A stretch of 63,801 nt of DNA, filler included, from Octopus bimaculoides (GCF_001194135.2; 9 parts of 8 records of this genome joined end to end with filler, not necessarily neighbours in it); one strand, 5' to 3'. Numbered from the whole stretch's first letter, positions 39,928 through 52,803 are shown. Made by a program: numbers and translations. The notes: generated by a model from the letters alone, not told the origin.

Positions 39928-40439
39928 AGAAGAAAAAAGAAAAACAAGGAATACGTTTTGTATGTATATATAAGGATATATGTTTGATATGATATATATA
40001 GTTATTTTTACTAAATTGATTTTACTAATTCAATTTTTCAAATTTACAACGATTATACTAATATACTCTCATGCAGAACTACACTTTACAAAAAATAAAT
40101 AAATAAATGAATGTATGACAGGAATATATTCTAAAAGGGACCCAAAGTCTATAAAAAGAAAGGACAAAGAATATAAAACGAAAGAACTAAAAGCAAAGGA
40201 AAAAACAGGAAGACATTTTTTTGTTTTCTTTATATTTTCTATTCACTATTCTCTATTTTTTCTTTCTTCTTCTTCTACCATCCCTAACATGTCTCAAAAC
40301 AATACAGTAAGTAGTAAACAAGCTTTTAACCTTTTTTTTNNNNNNNNNNNNNNNNNNNNNNNNNNNNNNNNNNNNNNNNNNNNNNNNNNNNNNNNNNNNN
40401 NNNNNNNNNNNNNNNNNNNNNNNNNNNNNNNNNNNNNNN

Positions 40440-41350
40440 AATGCCTTCATCGCATTTTAAACATTAAATGGAGTTCTTTTACTCCAAACTCAGATGTCCT
40501 TGCATATGTAGGTATCACCTGAATTAATGCTATGATTTTGAGGACCCAAATGAGATGGTGTGACCCTATTGTTCGAATGGCGGATGAACGCGTGCCGAAA
40601 CAGCTGTTTTATGGTGATTTTGCAAAGGGGAAACGCTATCGGCGAATACTTAAAAAAAAAGGTTTAAAGACGGCATAATGACTGGTATGAAGTCACATGG
40701 AATGGATCCAGAAGACATAAAAACCCTTATTTACATTATTTACATTTGACATATATTTCTTGTCATCCTGTTTGGTGTTAACACAACGTTCTGGCTGATA
40801 TACTCTCCAACATTCATTAGGTGTCTTGGGGAAATTTCGAACCTGTATTATTGAAACTGTATTGTAGAATCCCTTGCTTCGTATCGAGGTGGATGGAGAA
40901 CAAATGTGTGGAGTTGAGTGAAAGCGTTTGAAGAGGCCAGGATACGCATGCTATCGTTGCCTCTGATGAAGGATGTTACCATCGATAAGGTGAATGACGA
41001 TGAACATTTTGTGTGCAAAATTTGTGACAGATTATGCCTTTCTTATCCTGGGCTCAAATCTCATTTGCGAATCCATTTAAAACGAACCTCCGCCAGCTAT
41101 TCTGCATATACGCCGCTGCACACTTTTGAATGCAGTATATGCCAGAAGGTTTGCAAATCTAACTGAGGCATCATAGGACATTTTAAGATCCATAAAGATA
41201 CGAACATATCTGCAGCTCTTAGTGGTCCAAATAAGATGTGCAATCTATGTGGGTGTCTAATCAGAACATTGTCTGGTTTTAAAAGTCACATTAGATGCCA
41301 TGATTGTCCTATGGTGTAGGTACAGAAGCGGATCAAACTCTGCATTACTA
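40440..41350 (+). mobile_element. RTE-clade LINE 3' end with three C2H2 zinc fingers
   Basis: CLHRILNIKWS...QMRWCDPIVRMADERVPKQLFYGD...ASYRGGWR...VKAFEEARI, followed by three C-x2-C-x12-H-x3-H units at 41014, 41131 and 41239; stop at 41317-41319. Confidence 0.9.
40780..40825 (-). ncRNA. Degenerate hammerhead ribozyme in a PLE-like tail inserted into the RTE
   Basis: Minus strand: GACAC CTAATGA ...CAGCC AGAACGTT GTGTT. It has stem I GACAC/GTGTT, a mutated core (CTAATGA), a palindromic ACGT stem III and a damaged GAAA. Confidence 0.45.
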
Positions 41351-41359
41351 GACAACCAC

Positions 41360-41549
41360 CATTCAGACGTTGGAAACCGGACGTTGTTGTGTTGAATACA
41401 AAAGAAAGAACATGTATGATAATCGACACGGCATGCCCTGGTGACAACAGAATCAACGTGAAAGAAGAAAAAAAATACTATCACGATTTAAAGTGGGAAA
41501 TACTCTCAATGAAGAGAGTAGACGTGATTCCAATAGTAATTGGTGCACT
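41360..41549 (+). mobile_element. R4/Dong-like RLE endonuclease fragment
   Basis: KPDVVVLNTKERTCMIIDTACPGDNRINVKEEKK...VDVIPIVIGAL (PD..D endonuclease motif). Confidence 0.88.
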
Positions 41550-41742
41550 TTTGCCACCAGGGCAGCTTGGGGAGGAGATTAAGTCGATTACATTGACCCA
41601 AGTGTATGACTGGTACCTATTTAATCACCCTGAGAGAATGAATGTTAAAGTCGACCTCGGCGGATTTTAAAGCCAGAAGATAGCGACGGGGGCGAAAGCA
41701 TTTCGTCCATCGCGCTAACGGCTCTGCCGGCTCACCGCCTTA
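41550..41742 (-). mobile_element. SINE family A
   Basis: The reverse complement starts TAAGGCGGTGAGCCGGCAGAGCCGTTAGC; the head abuts (TAA)n. Confidence 0.85.
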
Positions 41743-41753
41743 ATAATAATAAC

Positions 41754-41827
<74 letters not shown>

Positions 41828-42849
41828 NNNNNNNNNNNNNNNNNNNNNNNNNNNNNNNNNNNNNNNNNNNNTTAATTAATTAANNNNNNNNNNNNNNNNN
41901 NNNNNNNNNNNNNNNNNNNNNNNNNNNAATAGCAGCTAAAAAAGCTGAGACTCCAACAGATAGCATTACTTGTAACTCAGAAAGGCAAAAACAAGAAGAA
42001 AAAAACAATGAAAACTAACCATTTAAAGTTAATCATAGACGCGTTTCTGGATTATGAGTGACAATACTAAATTCCTTCATCGGTATGATATTCCAGTAGT
42101 AAATTAGACTATGCTAGCAAACCGTGCAAGCATGAACGAGTGAACATCATGCCTCGACATAACCTGAAAGCATAACCGAACTTACCTCGGCCAGTCATTC
42201 CACTACTTCCTCCTCAAGAAATTACCATGTGCGTCACAAGCAATACCGCAGAAACTTTGCGTTTACTATCAGGGAGTGAATAATAGCCTACAAGATGTGA
42301 AATGGAGCCAGTTCACATGTCCAAATTGGCTCCTGTGCAGGATTACCATTATTTTCGTCTGTATGAAATATTGCTTTCTGAATGTATCGGAACTATATAT
42401 AATGATTAAAATCCGTTGCTATATCAGTGGATTTTAAATTTTATATATTCGACGATAAATAGTTTGGATATGAGATCAAACCACGATGATATATATAAGT
42501 GCATCTGATCAAGAGTTTTCGCTTAAGTTTTCCAGATGTATGCGAAAATTTGTGAAGTTAGTATTCATTAACTGGAGGCAGACTAAACAGCGATACTTAA
42601 ATTATAGTTATACAATTAAATTTAATACGTTTGTGTGCACGCAAATATGGAAAACGGATATTGTCTATAATGAGAATATTGTTCCATTAATAATTACCTA
42701 ATGGCCATCTAACTAATATAGCAGCAACAACAACAACAACAACAACAATAATAATATTTCTCCATGGTGGAAAAGGAGAATAACGCAGTCTATTAACGAG
42801 ACTAGAAAGCATATTAATATTCTGGTAGGGAAAAAGAGAAATGAAGTTC

Positions 42850-43445
42850 AGTGAGAGAAATATGTTGAGCTAGAGAAGAAGTAAAGGGTGAAAAGAAGGG
42901 GAATCAATGTTGCGATCGAGGGGGTTGAAAGCTAAATAACATTAAACAGATATGAACAGAGAATTGAGCAGACGTTTCTAACAAAATCAGAAGCGGGTCT
43001 ATCAGGAACTGGATAGGAAAGAAAAAGGTGAAAAAGCCATGCCGGATCGTGAAGAAAGCAAAAAATTCTGGTCTAACATATGGTGTCACGAGAAACAACA
43101 CGAAACTGAAGCAGAGTGGTTAGAGGCACTCATAAGGGAGAGTGGAGCGTATTAGCAGGAGGATTTGAGAATAACCGAGGAGAGGATTAGAGATCAGTGC
43201 AAGAGTATTGCTAACTGGAAAGTGTCTGGTCCAGATAGGATTCAGGGCTTTTGGCTTAAAAAATTGACAGCTCCGCACAGGAGAATTGCGAGATAGCTGG
43301 ACGAAATACTGACATTCAAGTACCGGGATGAATGACAAAAGGAAGAACGGTACTATGCCAGAAATACCTATAAAGGGAATGCGGGGTTGGAAACCTCCGA
43401 CCAATATCTTTGTTTGTCGCTGATGTGGAAACTGATGGCGGGCCA
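42850..43445 (+). mobile_element. R4/Dong-like pre-RT and RT N-terminal fragment
   Basis: RYEQRIEQ, NQKRVYQEL, ESKKFWSNIW, NWKVSGPDRIQGFWLKKLTAPH, MTKGRTVLCQK, NLRPI, CLSLMWKL. Confidence 0.88.
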
Positions 43446-44501
43446 CGGGGATATTTGGCGCAGATGTTTGTTGACTAAATCAGGTAGAATAAACTCCCCG
43501 CGGAATGGTAGAATTCCCTGCAAGATTAATCTCCCCGGCCCGTTGTTGCTAACATATTTTCAGGTTAGTGAACTGAAGCGACGTGGAGTGAACTGTTTTT
43601 CTCAAAATCACAACCCATCGACCTGTTTGAGAATAGAACTCTTAACCTTAGGATTTTGAATTGAACTCTGTTATCTCCTTTACTTGTTCGATTATAGAAT
43701 TGTAGTAGCTGAACCGGTAATGGTAATTAACGTTTAAATTAATGCTCCTACTAGTTGTTAGATGTAAAACTGAGCTGATACTGTTAATGTTATTGTAAAT
43801 ATTAAACTACGCCCTTCGAAACATTTCGAAAGGAAGTAATGAGATCGTAGTAATAGTTGCTAATAATAGTTGTAATTTTGATTGCAATAATTGTAATGCA
43901 ATTAGAAGTTATTAATTGTAATTATGGACTATAGATGTAATTGACTGTGTGGGTGTAATTGTTGACAGTAGATCTAAGCGGCTAAGTGTTACTGCTGTTT
44001 GTTAGCTCACTTGCTTCATCAAATCCACTTTATGTCTACAGATGCTCGCTGTGCCACACGTCACATGTTGAAGTGATCGCAGAGCAACGAGAAATGGACT
44101 GTTTATCACAAGAACACAACGAAGAGAGTTGTTAGGAGAGCGATAGTTTGACCTTGCAACTGTGAGTGCAACACCACAAACACTGGACCAAGCGGTGGAA
44201 AAATTCCTATAATATGAGAACTAGAAGGGTTGCGGATTGTAAGGCGAATGTGATGCTGGTAGATAGTTGCGGCATTCTTTTCTTTAGCCTTAAGTGGCTT
44301 GTTATCCAGCAAGAATTATTATTTCTAGCACCTTCTCAATAAGGAATGCTATATAATTGCATTGATGCCGCGTCCCAAGAAGCAACGTATTTCGAAAATT
44401 ATAAACCCAAGCAGTAAGATGGATTCAAACGTTGTATATAATTACATACATACATACATACATACATACATGCACACATACATACATACATACATACATG
44501 C

Positions 44502-44532
<31 letters not shown>

Positions 44533-44536
44533 GGAG

Positions 44537-44569
<33 letters not shown>

Positions 44570-44928
44570 ATATGTATTTACACACATATATATGATTGTA
44601 TATATATATACACATATATANNNNNNNNNNNNNNNNNNNNNNNNNNNNNNNNNNNNNNNNNNNNNNNNNNNNNNNNNNNNNNNNNNNNNNNNNNNNNNNN
44701 NNNNNNNNNNNNNNNNNNNNNNNNNNNNNNNNNNNNNNNNNNNNNNNNNNNNNNNNNNNNNNNNNNNNNNNNNNNNNNNNNNNNNNNNNNNNNNNNNNNN
44801 NNNNNNNNNNNNNNNNNNNNNNNNNNNNNNNNNNNNNNNNNNNNNNNNNNNNNNNNNNNNNNNNNNNNNNNNNNNNNNNNNNNNNNNNNNNNNNNNNNNN
44901 NNNNNNNNNNNNNNNNNNNNNNNNNNNN

Positions 44929-44966
<38 letters not shown>

Positions 44967-45269
44967 TAATAGAGACCACCCTGTTAAGATATTGTTTACA
45001 CTTTTCTCGCTTTGAGCATCAGTACATGTTTACAACAGTTATTCGTATAAGATTGACAAAGGTAGTTAAGTTTATCACTAGGCGTTAAGAGCCGGTGATG
45101 GGTATTAAGGTGGTCTACACCAAAATTCGAAATCCGGATACAGAATAATTTATAGAATAATTTGAATACTAAACGGTTAATATATAGATTGGGCTATCCA
45201 GTTCTCTTACGCTGCTAAATTTAGGGGTATTTAAAGTAAGTGTTGGAGGATAGTTAAAGCGTTGGAGGT

Positions 45270-45314
45270 GGCGCTGATGAAAGAGCACTAACTCTTGAAA
45301 TATGCATATACACC
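45270..45314 (+). ncRNA. Minimal type I hammerhead ribozyme (PLE-type) with a decayed stem I
   Basis: GGCG CTGATGA AAGAG-cactaa-CTCTT GAAA TATGCATA TA CACC. The core is canonical, stem II has 5 bp and stem III is palindromic. Stem I pairs fully if CACC derives from CGCC by CpG decay. Confidence 0.65.
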
Positions 45315-45406
45315 CATTACCTATTTTTCTATATGCGTATTCGTATCGTAATTTTGAATCCTCGCTCAGATTTCTGTAGAAAATCTGTAGGTAAACTACT
45401 TAAAAG

Positions 45407-47421
45407 CAGGGTTGCCAGTTTACCATATTGTATGCTAGATCTACCATTTATTCAGCATTTAGCAGAAAATGTTTGAATCTAGCATTTAGCAGGTTCAAAA
45501 TTTTATTTAGCATTTTTTAAGCAGTTTTCTCTGATCATGGCATTTGCACAATAGTCACGCTTTTTCTTCTTTTTCCTCCTTTTCTACTTCCGTTAATGTA
45601 TCTTTAGCCAAATTTGAGTACTGTCGGCTATTGTTGAATTTTTCTTTCACTTTCTTGAAACTTCAAATGAAAGCTTATCAAAAGGAAGTTTATCAAGTTA
45701 TGATCTTTTCCAGCCCCGACCCCATTGGCTTAGATACAGAGTGGGGGAGGGGGAGAAGATAACTCACGTCAGCACCTGAACTCACTACACAATAATGTAA
45801 ATATGTTGCAAAGAATGAAAGCATCGAAATTCGTCCTAACAATGCTTTATTCCGTAGAGATGAGATTTATCATGACAGGTTGACTGGTCTACTTTCAGTT
45901 TGACTGTTTTAAACCAGGCCTGTGTTTTTCATGCTTGTTTTGGATTATATATCTTGTATAGAAGTAGGGGGGTGGCGGGGTCTCCCCGTTTATATTTCTA
46001 CTTTCTTTTTGTTTTCAAGTATTGCTGTTATATTTGTGGTTTTACGAATAGATATTAAATGTAAGATTGCGAGCGAAATATGATACTCCCAGGGTTATAT
46101 CAGAACACAGTTTTAGAATTTCTGCTGATTTTACTTTTCCATTTATAAGTTGGCCATCTTGCATCCTGAATCAGTATTCTTCACCTCAAGAATTTGTAAG
46201 CAGCAAACATAAGAATTGTTGAATACGAATGAAAGAATTATTAGCGGCAAACTGATAACTTGTGTTTTCAATTTTATATTTTTATTAATCATTCAATTTA
46301 TTTTCTTGCTCTCCACTACATTATAATGATCAAAGAAAAGACAAAGTTGTACAAGGAAAAATTCCGAAAGGAATGGCTTAAGATGTCAACGTGGTTGTGT
46401 GAAGTATCTAGTGACCAATATAAAGCACATTGCAGATAATGTAGATGTAATATGTTGGCAAAATATTCTCTTTAGTAAGCCACTGTGAAGCAAAGAAACA
46501 TATCGCATCAACTCCACAGCAAATGATTCCTCTTACCAATTTTATTAAAACCAAATATGATAAGATGCTTGAAGCAAATTTAGCAATACTTATTTGTTGT
46601 TACTCATCATTAATAGCCGTCATCACTTAATAGAGTTATGTAAGAATTATATGTCTGATAGTGATATTATACCCAAAGTGATGTTGCATCGTACAAAATG
46701 TGCAAATATTGTGAGAAATGTTCTAGCTCCATATTTTGATAGAGATTTGATTTCTGATATGGGAGATAGAAAATTTAGCTTGTTATTAGATGAATCCAAT
46801 GATATATCGATAAACAAGTTGTTTAGGAATTGTTATCATATATTATAGTGACACTCACAAAAAAGTGGTACATACATATCTCAGTATGGTATCTTTAGAA
46901 ACCTGTGATGCAGATGGAAAAGTACGTCTAAAACAGAGGCATTCTGGCTGGAAGTCTTGGAATATAAAGATGCTATGGGAGGAAATCCTTTTAGAAATGT
47001 TGTAAATTTTGCCATTAATCTATTGACATTGCCAAACTCAAATGCAGACGTTGAATGGTTGTTAATCAAATCAAAATTGAAAAACAAAATGCATCTTCCT
47101 ATGCTCAGATCAATAAAATATGGCCTGAAAAGATATGGCAAATGTTACAAAAACTTCGATATTCCAAAACACATAATTAACAAGATTAGGACCTTGAATG
47201 TATACAGAAGTCAAGACATAGGCACTGCAGCTGACATTGATCAAATTATTTCTCAATGACGAATATAAGTCAAGAAAGTAAATAAAAATGTAAACAAAAA
47301 TTAAGATTTTTGATATAATTAGTCTTCAGCATTTTTTTGGTCACCATTTTTTCGCATTTTTGTTTGGTATTTTTTCTACTGAAATTAAGCATAAAATTCT
47401 GATTTTAAGTTGGCAACACTG
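45407..47421 (+). mobile_element. hAT DNA transposon, internally deleted, with TIRs and an 8-bp TSD
   Basis: Ends CAGGGTTGCCA / TGGCAACACTG; identical flanks CTTAAAAG at 45399-45406 and 47422-47429. Transposase relics: LHRTKCANIVRNV, FSLLLDESND, LLTLPNSNADVE. Confidence 0.95.
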
Positions 47422-48099
47422 CTTAAAAGTGGCAGAATCGTACCGTTTAGACAAAAGTAGAACATAGTATTGACTTATAAACATTTAATATACTTCGTAG
47501 TATATTACGGTTTCAAAACTAAATACGATGTCCCTAGTAGCAATCGATATTATTGGTATGCTGGTAGTTGATTTTTCCAGAAATAAATGGTGATCAAGTT
47601 GTACTTTTCGAAGTAGACACATCACAAGTTTTATTGTGTGAGGAGAGCTGTGTAGTGTTTAGTTGAAAACATACATCACCAACATAAGGCTGTCTCAACA
47701 ATACAACTGTCTGGTTGATTGGTTTTACTTTGTTTAATTTCATGACAACCACGATGAGGAAGACGACAATAGAAATAAGGACGATGGATGTGGTGGTGGT
47801 GGTTGCGATAGTTATGAGGTATAGAAGGGGAAGGACATAGCTAAATAGGTGAAAGAGAGAGAGAGAGGAACGGGCGTGGAGGGATATGTATTATCTCCGA
47901 TAATGATGAGTGATGAGAATATGTTGGTCGGAAGAATCAGAAAAATGATAAAGAGATGAAGGCGATAGGAATAATGCTGAAGCTTACAATATTGCACTGA
48001 CTGCCGTTGATGCTGCGGCTGCTGTCTATGCTGATGTTGATGTCGACGACGACGACGATGATGATGATGATGATGGTGATGATGATGGTGATGATGGTT

Positions 48100-48138
<39 letters not shown>

Positions 48139-48724
48139 CCCTTTAGTAATTTATGATGGTGATGGCTCGGGCTTTTAGAATTACTTCAGGTGATCGGTAC
48201 TGACTTTTGGCCGCAGTAATGGTGGAGCCGTTAACAGTTACAGTTAATGAGCATACCAACGTTCATACGTATTCTAGACTCGAACATTCTATATTTCTTC
48301 CTCTTTACTAGAAACTAAGACGATGGGAAATACTTATTCTTGTTCTTTTATTTTTTTTTTTCAATTATTGGACGATGGCCACGCTGGGGCACCACCTTGA
48401 CAGGTTTTGATCGAAAAAATAGACTCCAATTCGTATTTTTCTTTTAGTTTTCTTGGTATTTTTCGCAGAACCATTCCAGTACAGAAACATATACATATCA
48501 ACACCGGTTGTCAAACATCAGGGAACAAACAGACACAAAGTTCATTCCATATATTCATGTATACGCACATATATATCTATATTTATATATATTACTATCT
48601 ACCTGTCTATCAACACACACACACATATATATATACATGCACATATATTCGTTTTATATATGAACTATCTATCTTAGATATTTCATATATATCTATGTAT
48701 GAATATATATANNNNNNNNNNCAT

Positions 48725-48763
<39 letters not shown>

Positions 48764-49444
48764 CACACATCGACACACACATATACACACATATATGCAT
48801 ACATTCGTACATACATATACAGGTGCATATATGTCTATATATATATATGTATACATGTATAAATACAAACATACATGCACACAAATGTATCTAAATATAT
48901 GTATATACGTATATATATCAGTACATATATTTGTGTATGCGTGTGTGTGTATGTATATATATATATATATATATACTCACAAGGCACTGGACGACCCAGG
49001 GCCATATCAGAAATATACTGATATCACTAATGCTTTGGGGGGAGCCATGATGGCACTAAAGATAATGGAAGACAATGATTTATATTTAGAACAGATCGAT
49101 AATTTTCTCTAATGAAATCGTTTTCTGTCACTGCTTCTTCAATAAACTATCCTCCGAATTATTCAAGTTGATGAGTTCTGATAATGTCAAATTGCTACAT
49201 GAACAATTTCTAATTTAAAGTGACATCAATGAAATTCGATTAAGTAAAAGTAAGGTCACTGCATTGGCAATGGGATCGCAGCTAGAAGCAAGACAATTCA
49301 CATGATATCAAGTTTGTGACGTAGTTTTCACTAGAGAAGTAGGTCAAAATCCCCCTCCACTTACCCTCCTCCTCCTCCTGCGTTTCTCATCTTATTATTC
49401 TGGTTGCAGAAAGGATTATTATTATTGTTACTATTATCATTATT

Positions 49445-49830
49445 ATTGAGTGAGAGAGCAGTGCATGCCATCAAAGTGACACTGGGGTAAAATATACGAA
49501 GCCCACAATACCCAACATGACTACATGTCTGATAAGGGTGAACCAGGCACATGCATCACAACCATATGTGCGCCACATGGTGATCTCATATCAAGATAAA
49601 CAGGGCATGACCACGCAGGTGGGGCCCAGTTAGAATTTTCTTCAAGTCGAGTAGCCCATTCCGCTCAAAAGGTCCCTGAATAAGGTTCGTTTAAGGATGT
49701 TGAGCAAAACACCCATGNNNNNNNNNNCCCATTCCGCTCAAAAGGTCCCTGAATAAGGTTCGTTTAAGGATGTTAAGCAAAACACCCATGTTTCTAAAGG
49801 TGAATTATTCAAACCCCAAAGAATTTCTCT
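49445..49830 (-). mobile_element. Unclassified interspersed repeat with (AAT)n tail; same family as 7130-7530
   Basis: Homologous to 7130-7530; the minus strand ends CTCTCTCACTCAATAATAATG... Confidence 0.75.
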
Positions 49831-52249
49831 CAACATATTGGCCTTCATCTTTAGCTGCACATACAAGAGAAGGTAACTCCATACAAACGTGTAAGCTTAC
49901 TGAAATAGAAAAACTGGACAGGGAATATGAGTGCATTCAAAATAAGCCATACAAATATTGCGCGAACATGACACTCTTTTACTACTTATATAAGGATTTA
50001 AGAGACTTTCGACTAATGAGAAAACGATTATCAAATACCCAGAGTGTGGTTTGAAAAATACGTAGTATTCTACAGTACGAACCTGATGAAATAGTCATGA
50101 AATTTGAAAAATACGGTAATAAATTTCTATCTTCGAGGATACTAACGAATATAAATGATCCTGAAGTAACAGATACTTGTTAGAAGAAAGATTGCAGAAA
50201 AGACGTTATCAAAAAATAAAAAATAAACTCAATACAGGGTTACATATACCCCATATTGACAAATGTTAACAAAATTGAAGAGTGGAAAGTAAATGAACAC
50301 AGACAAATATTACTCTTGGTCAAACAAATGAGCTAATATATAACACAAACATTTCATCATTTAGACCAACTGTCGACAATAAACACCCAGTATGTTAATT
50401 ACATCTGTACACCACAATTACAATGAATTACTTCTAGTTGCATTGCCATTATTACCATCAAAATTACAACTATCATTAGCAGAGAAAATAACTACGATCT
50501 AATTACATCATTTCGAAATAATGTTTCTATGAACGAAGCTCTATATTGACAATAACATTTACCAGTATCAGCCCTCGTTCATATCTAATTTCTGATCTGA
50601 GCATTAATACAACCGTTACAACCAGCTCAGCCTCTACAATTATTTAATACAACAATTAAGTATATCACTGAAAGCGCGTGGTAAAATGGCTAAGAGAGTT
50701 TGATTCAAGATCGTTAGTTTGAACGTTCTATTTTCAAACAGTTGGGTGCGTTGTGTTTTTTCAGCAAAACACTTCATTTCAAGTTACTTCAGTTCACTAA
50801 GCTGGAAATGATTGAATATATGTATTTGTCAGAGCAATTATAAATGTCACCAATTTCAAGATATATGAACTCTATTATTCCTAATTCAACTGAAGAACGG
50901 TAATTACCTAGACAACATTAACCAAATTATTAAGTGATAAATGTTGTTCACAATCTACATAGGTAGAAGATATCCGAATTAATGCTTTCTAGTTTTAACA
51001 ATGGTTATAATGTTTTTTTTATAATGTTTTTTTATAATTAGCATAATAAGATTCTGTCCAACATTCATAAATGTAAAATGAGTGAAAGTAGCTGATATTA
51101 AGTTGTATATTAAAAGTGTGTTGAAGTAGTTTTCTATTAAACAGTGTGAGATTAATAATGAAGGAGAGGAAGTTAATATTTCATAAATGACATTCTACAC
51201 AAGATAATGGCGTCAATAAAACTGTCAGAAAGTTCCAGAATCTTTTAACAATTGATTGATTATTACGTTAGTGTAGCGTTTAGCGTCTTGGCAAAGTTGT
51301 GAATGGTGTATAATATTTGAGCCCGTCGAGTGCTTGCTTTCATTTTGAAAGGCGAAGGCGAGGAGATGTTATTTCGCTTTTCTTTCAGTTAGTGACTTTG
51401 CGATACCACGACCATATTAATTTTCCCCACAATGCCTTCCCTTCTGTTCTCAACCTAGGTCGGCAAGGATAATTGTTCTGTTCTCTCGGTTATCGTCTCC
51501 CTGATATTACTGTCAACCTTTCTTTTTGTTTGCATCACCAAGTTTGTTAATACGTTTTATGAAACCTGCTGTTATGCATTTCTGGTGGGGTGGGAGAGAA
51601 TAATCGGTTATACTGTTTTAACAATAGCCTGGTATTTATTTCAACGATAGAGGAATTGGGAAACACAATGGTGACTTCGGCGGAACTTGAACACAGAACT
51701 CAACTGTTACCAACTATATACAATGATGTCTGTCACTCTACCAAATCTGTGTATCTACTAATCTTAATTGAAGTCTGTATCGTTCGAAACAGTTAGTAGG
51801 CAAAATTTTAGAATGAGATTAACGGTTAATGAGAAGAACAATCAGTTACTGAGTGGCAGCGTTACAACGGGTTGTGAAAATGAACTACGACATTTGTAAG
51901 AAGCACGAGAACTATATATGCTTAGGGAAAAAAAGTTAGCGCAAGAGTTTAGAATATATGTGAGGAAATGTCATTTGAAATACTAGATGAAACTAGGTTG
52001 TCAGCATGTCAAATTCAGCTTATATTAATCACGAAGAAGAACAGGTATTCAATAGAAAGTTACAAATTCAAAGACTTTAGTTGCTATAGATTAAAAGATT
52101 TGGAACATATTGCTGCAGAGATCAAAAGAAATGTTATGGTAGTCAACACACACACACACACGCATACAAAGGCACACACACGGCGCACGCATAAGCATAC
52201 ACACACACACACACATACACACACATACACACACATACATGCATACGGA

Positions 52250-52656
52250 CAGAGGCGTGGGTGTGAGATAAGAAGCTTAATTCCCAACTACATGATTCCG
52301 AGTTCAGATCCACTGCGTGACTCCTTGGGCAAGTGTTTTCTTCTATAGGCACAAGTCAAACGAAGTCTTGCGAGTGGATTTGGTAGACGGAAACTGAAAG
52401 ACGTCCGTAGGATATTTATATATTTGTATATATGTATGTGTGTGTGTGACTTTGTGTCTATGCTTATCCCACCACTGTCACTTGATAACCAATATTGGCG
52501 TGTTTACTTCCCTGAAACGTAGCGGTTCTACAAAATATACCGATAGAATAAATACTAGGCTTACAAAGAACACTTTCTGGGGTCGATTTTTTCGACTAAG
52601 AAAATCCTTTAAGGCGAAGTTATAGCATGGCTGCAGTCAAATGAAACAAGTAACAA
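52250..52656 (+). mobile_element. SINE family B, full length
   Basis: CCTTGGGCAAGTG, GAGTGGATTTGGTAGACGGAAACTGAAAGA, short (TG)n, GCATGGCTGCAGTCAAATGA. Confidence 0.88.
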
Positions 52657-52803
52657 NNNNNNNNNNNNNNNNNNNNNNNNNNNNNNNNNNNNNNNNNNNN
52701 NNNNNNNNNNNNNNNNNNNNNNNNNNNNNNNNNNNNNNNNNNNNNNNNNNNNNNNNNNNNNNNNNNNNNNNNNNNNNNNNGACACAGACAAGCAGATACG
52801 GTG

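Noticed and set aside
40964-41000. CTGATGA followed by a small hairpin
   Set aside because: It is followed by GATA rather than GAAA, has no stem I or III, and lies inside RTE coding sequence.
48176-48202. QYRSPEVIL, resembling a CMGC/SRPK kinase activation-segment motif (minus strand)
   Set aside because: There is no DFG/DLG or other kinase context on either side, the frame closes soon after and no credible acceptor is present. Most likely chance.
49655-49790. 63-bp direct repeat
   Set aside because: The two copies flank a 10-N gap and differ by one base, so this is an unmerged contig overlap.
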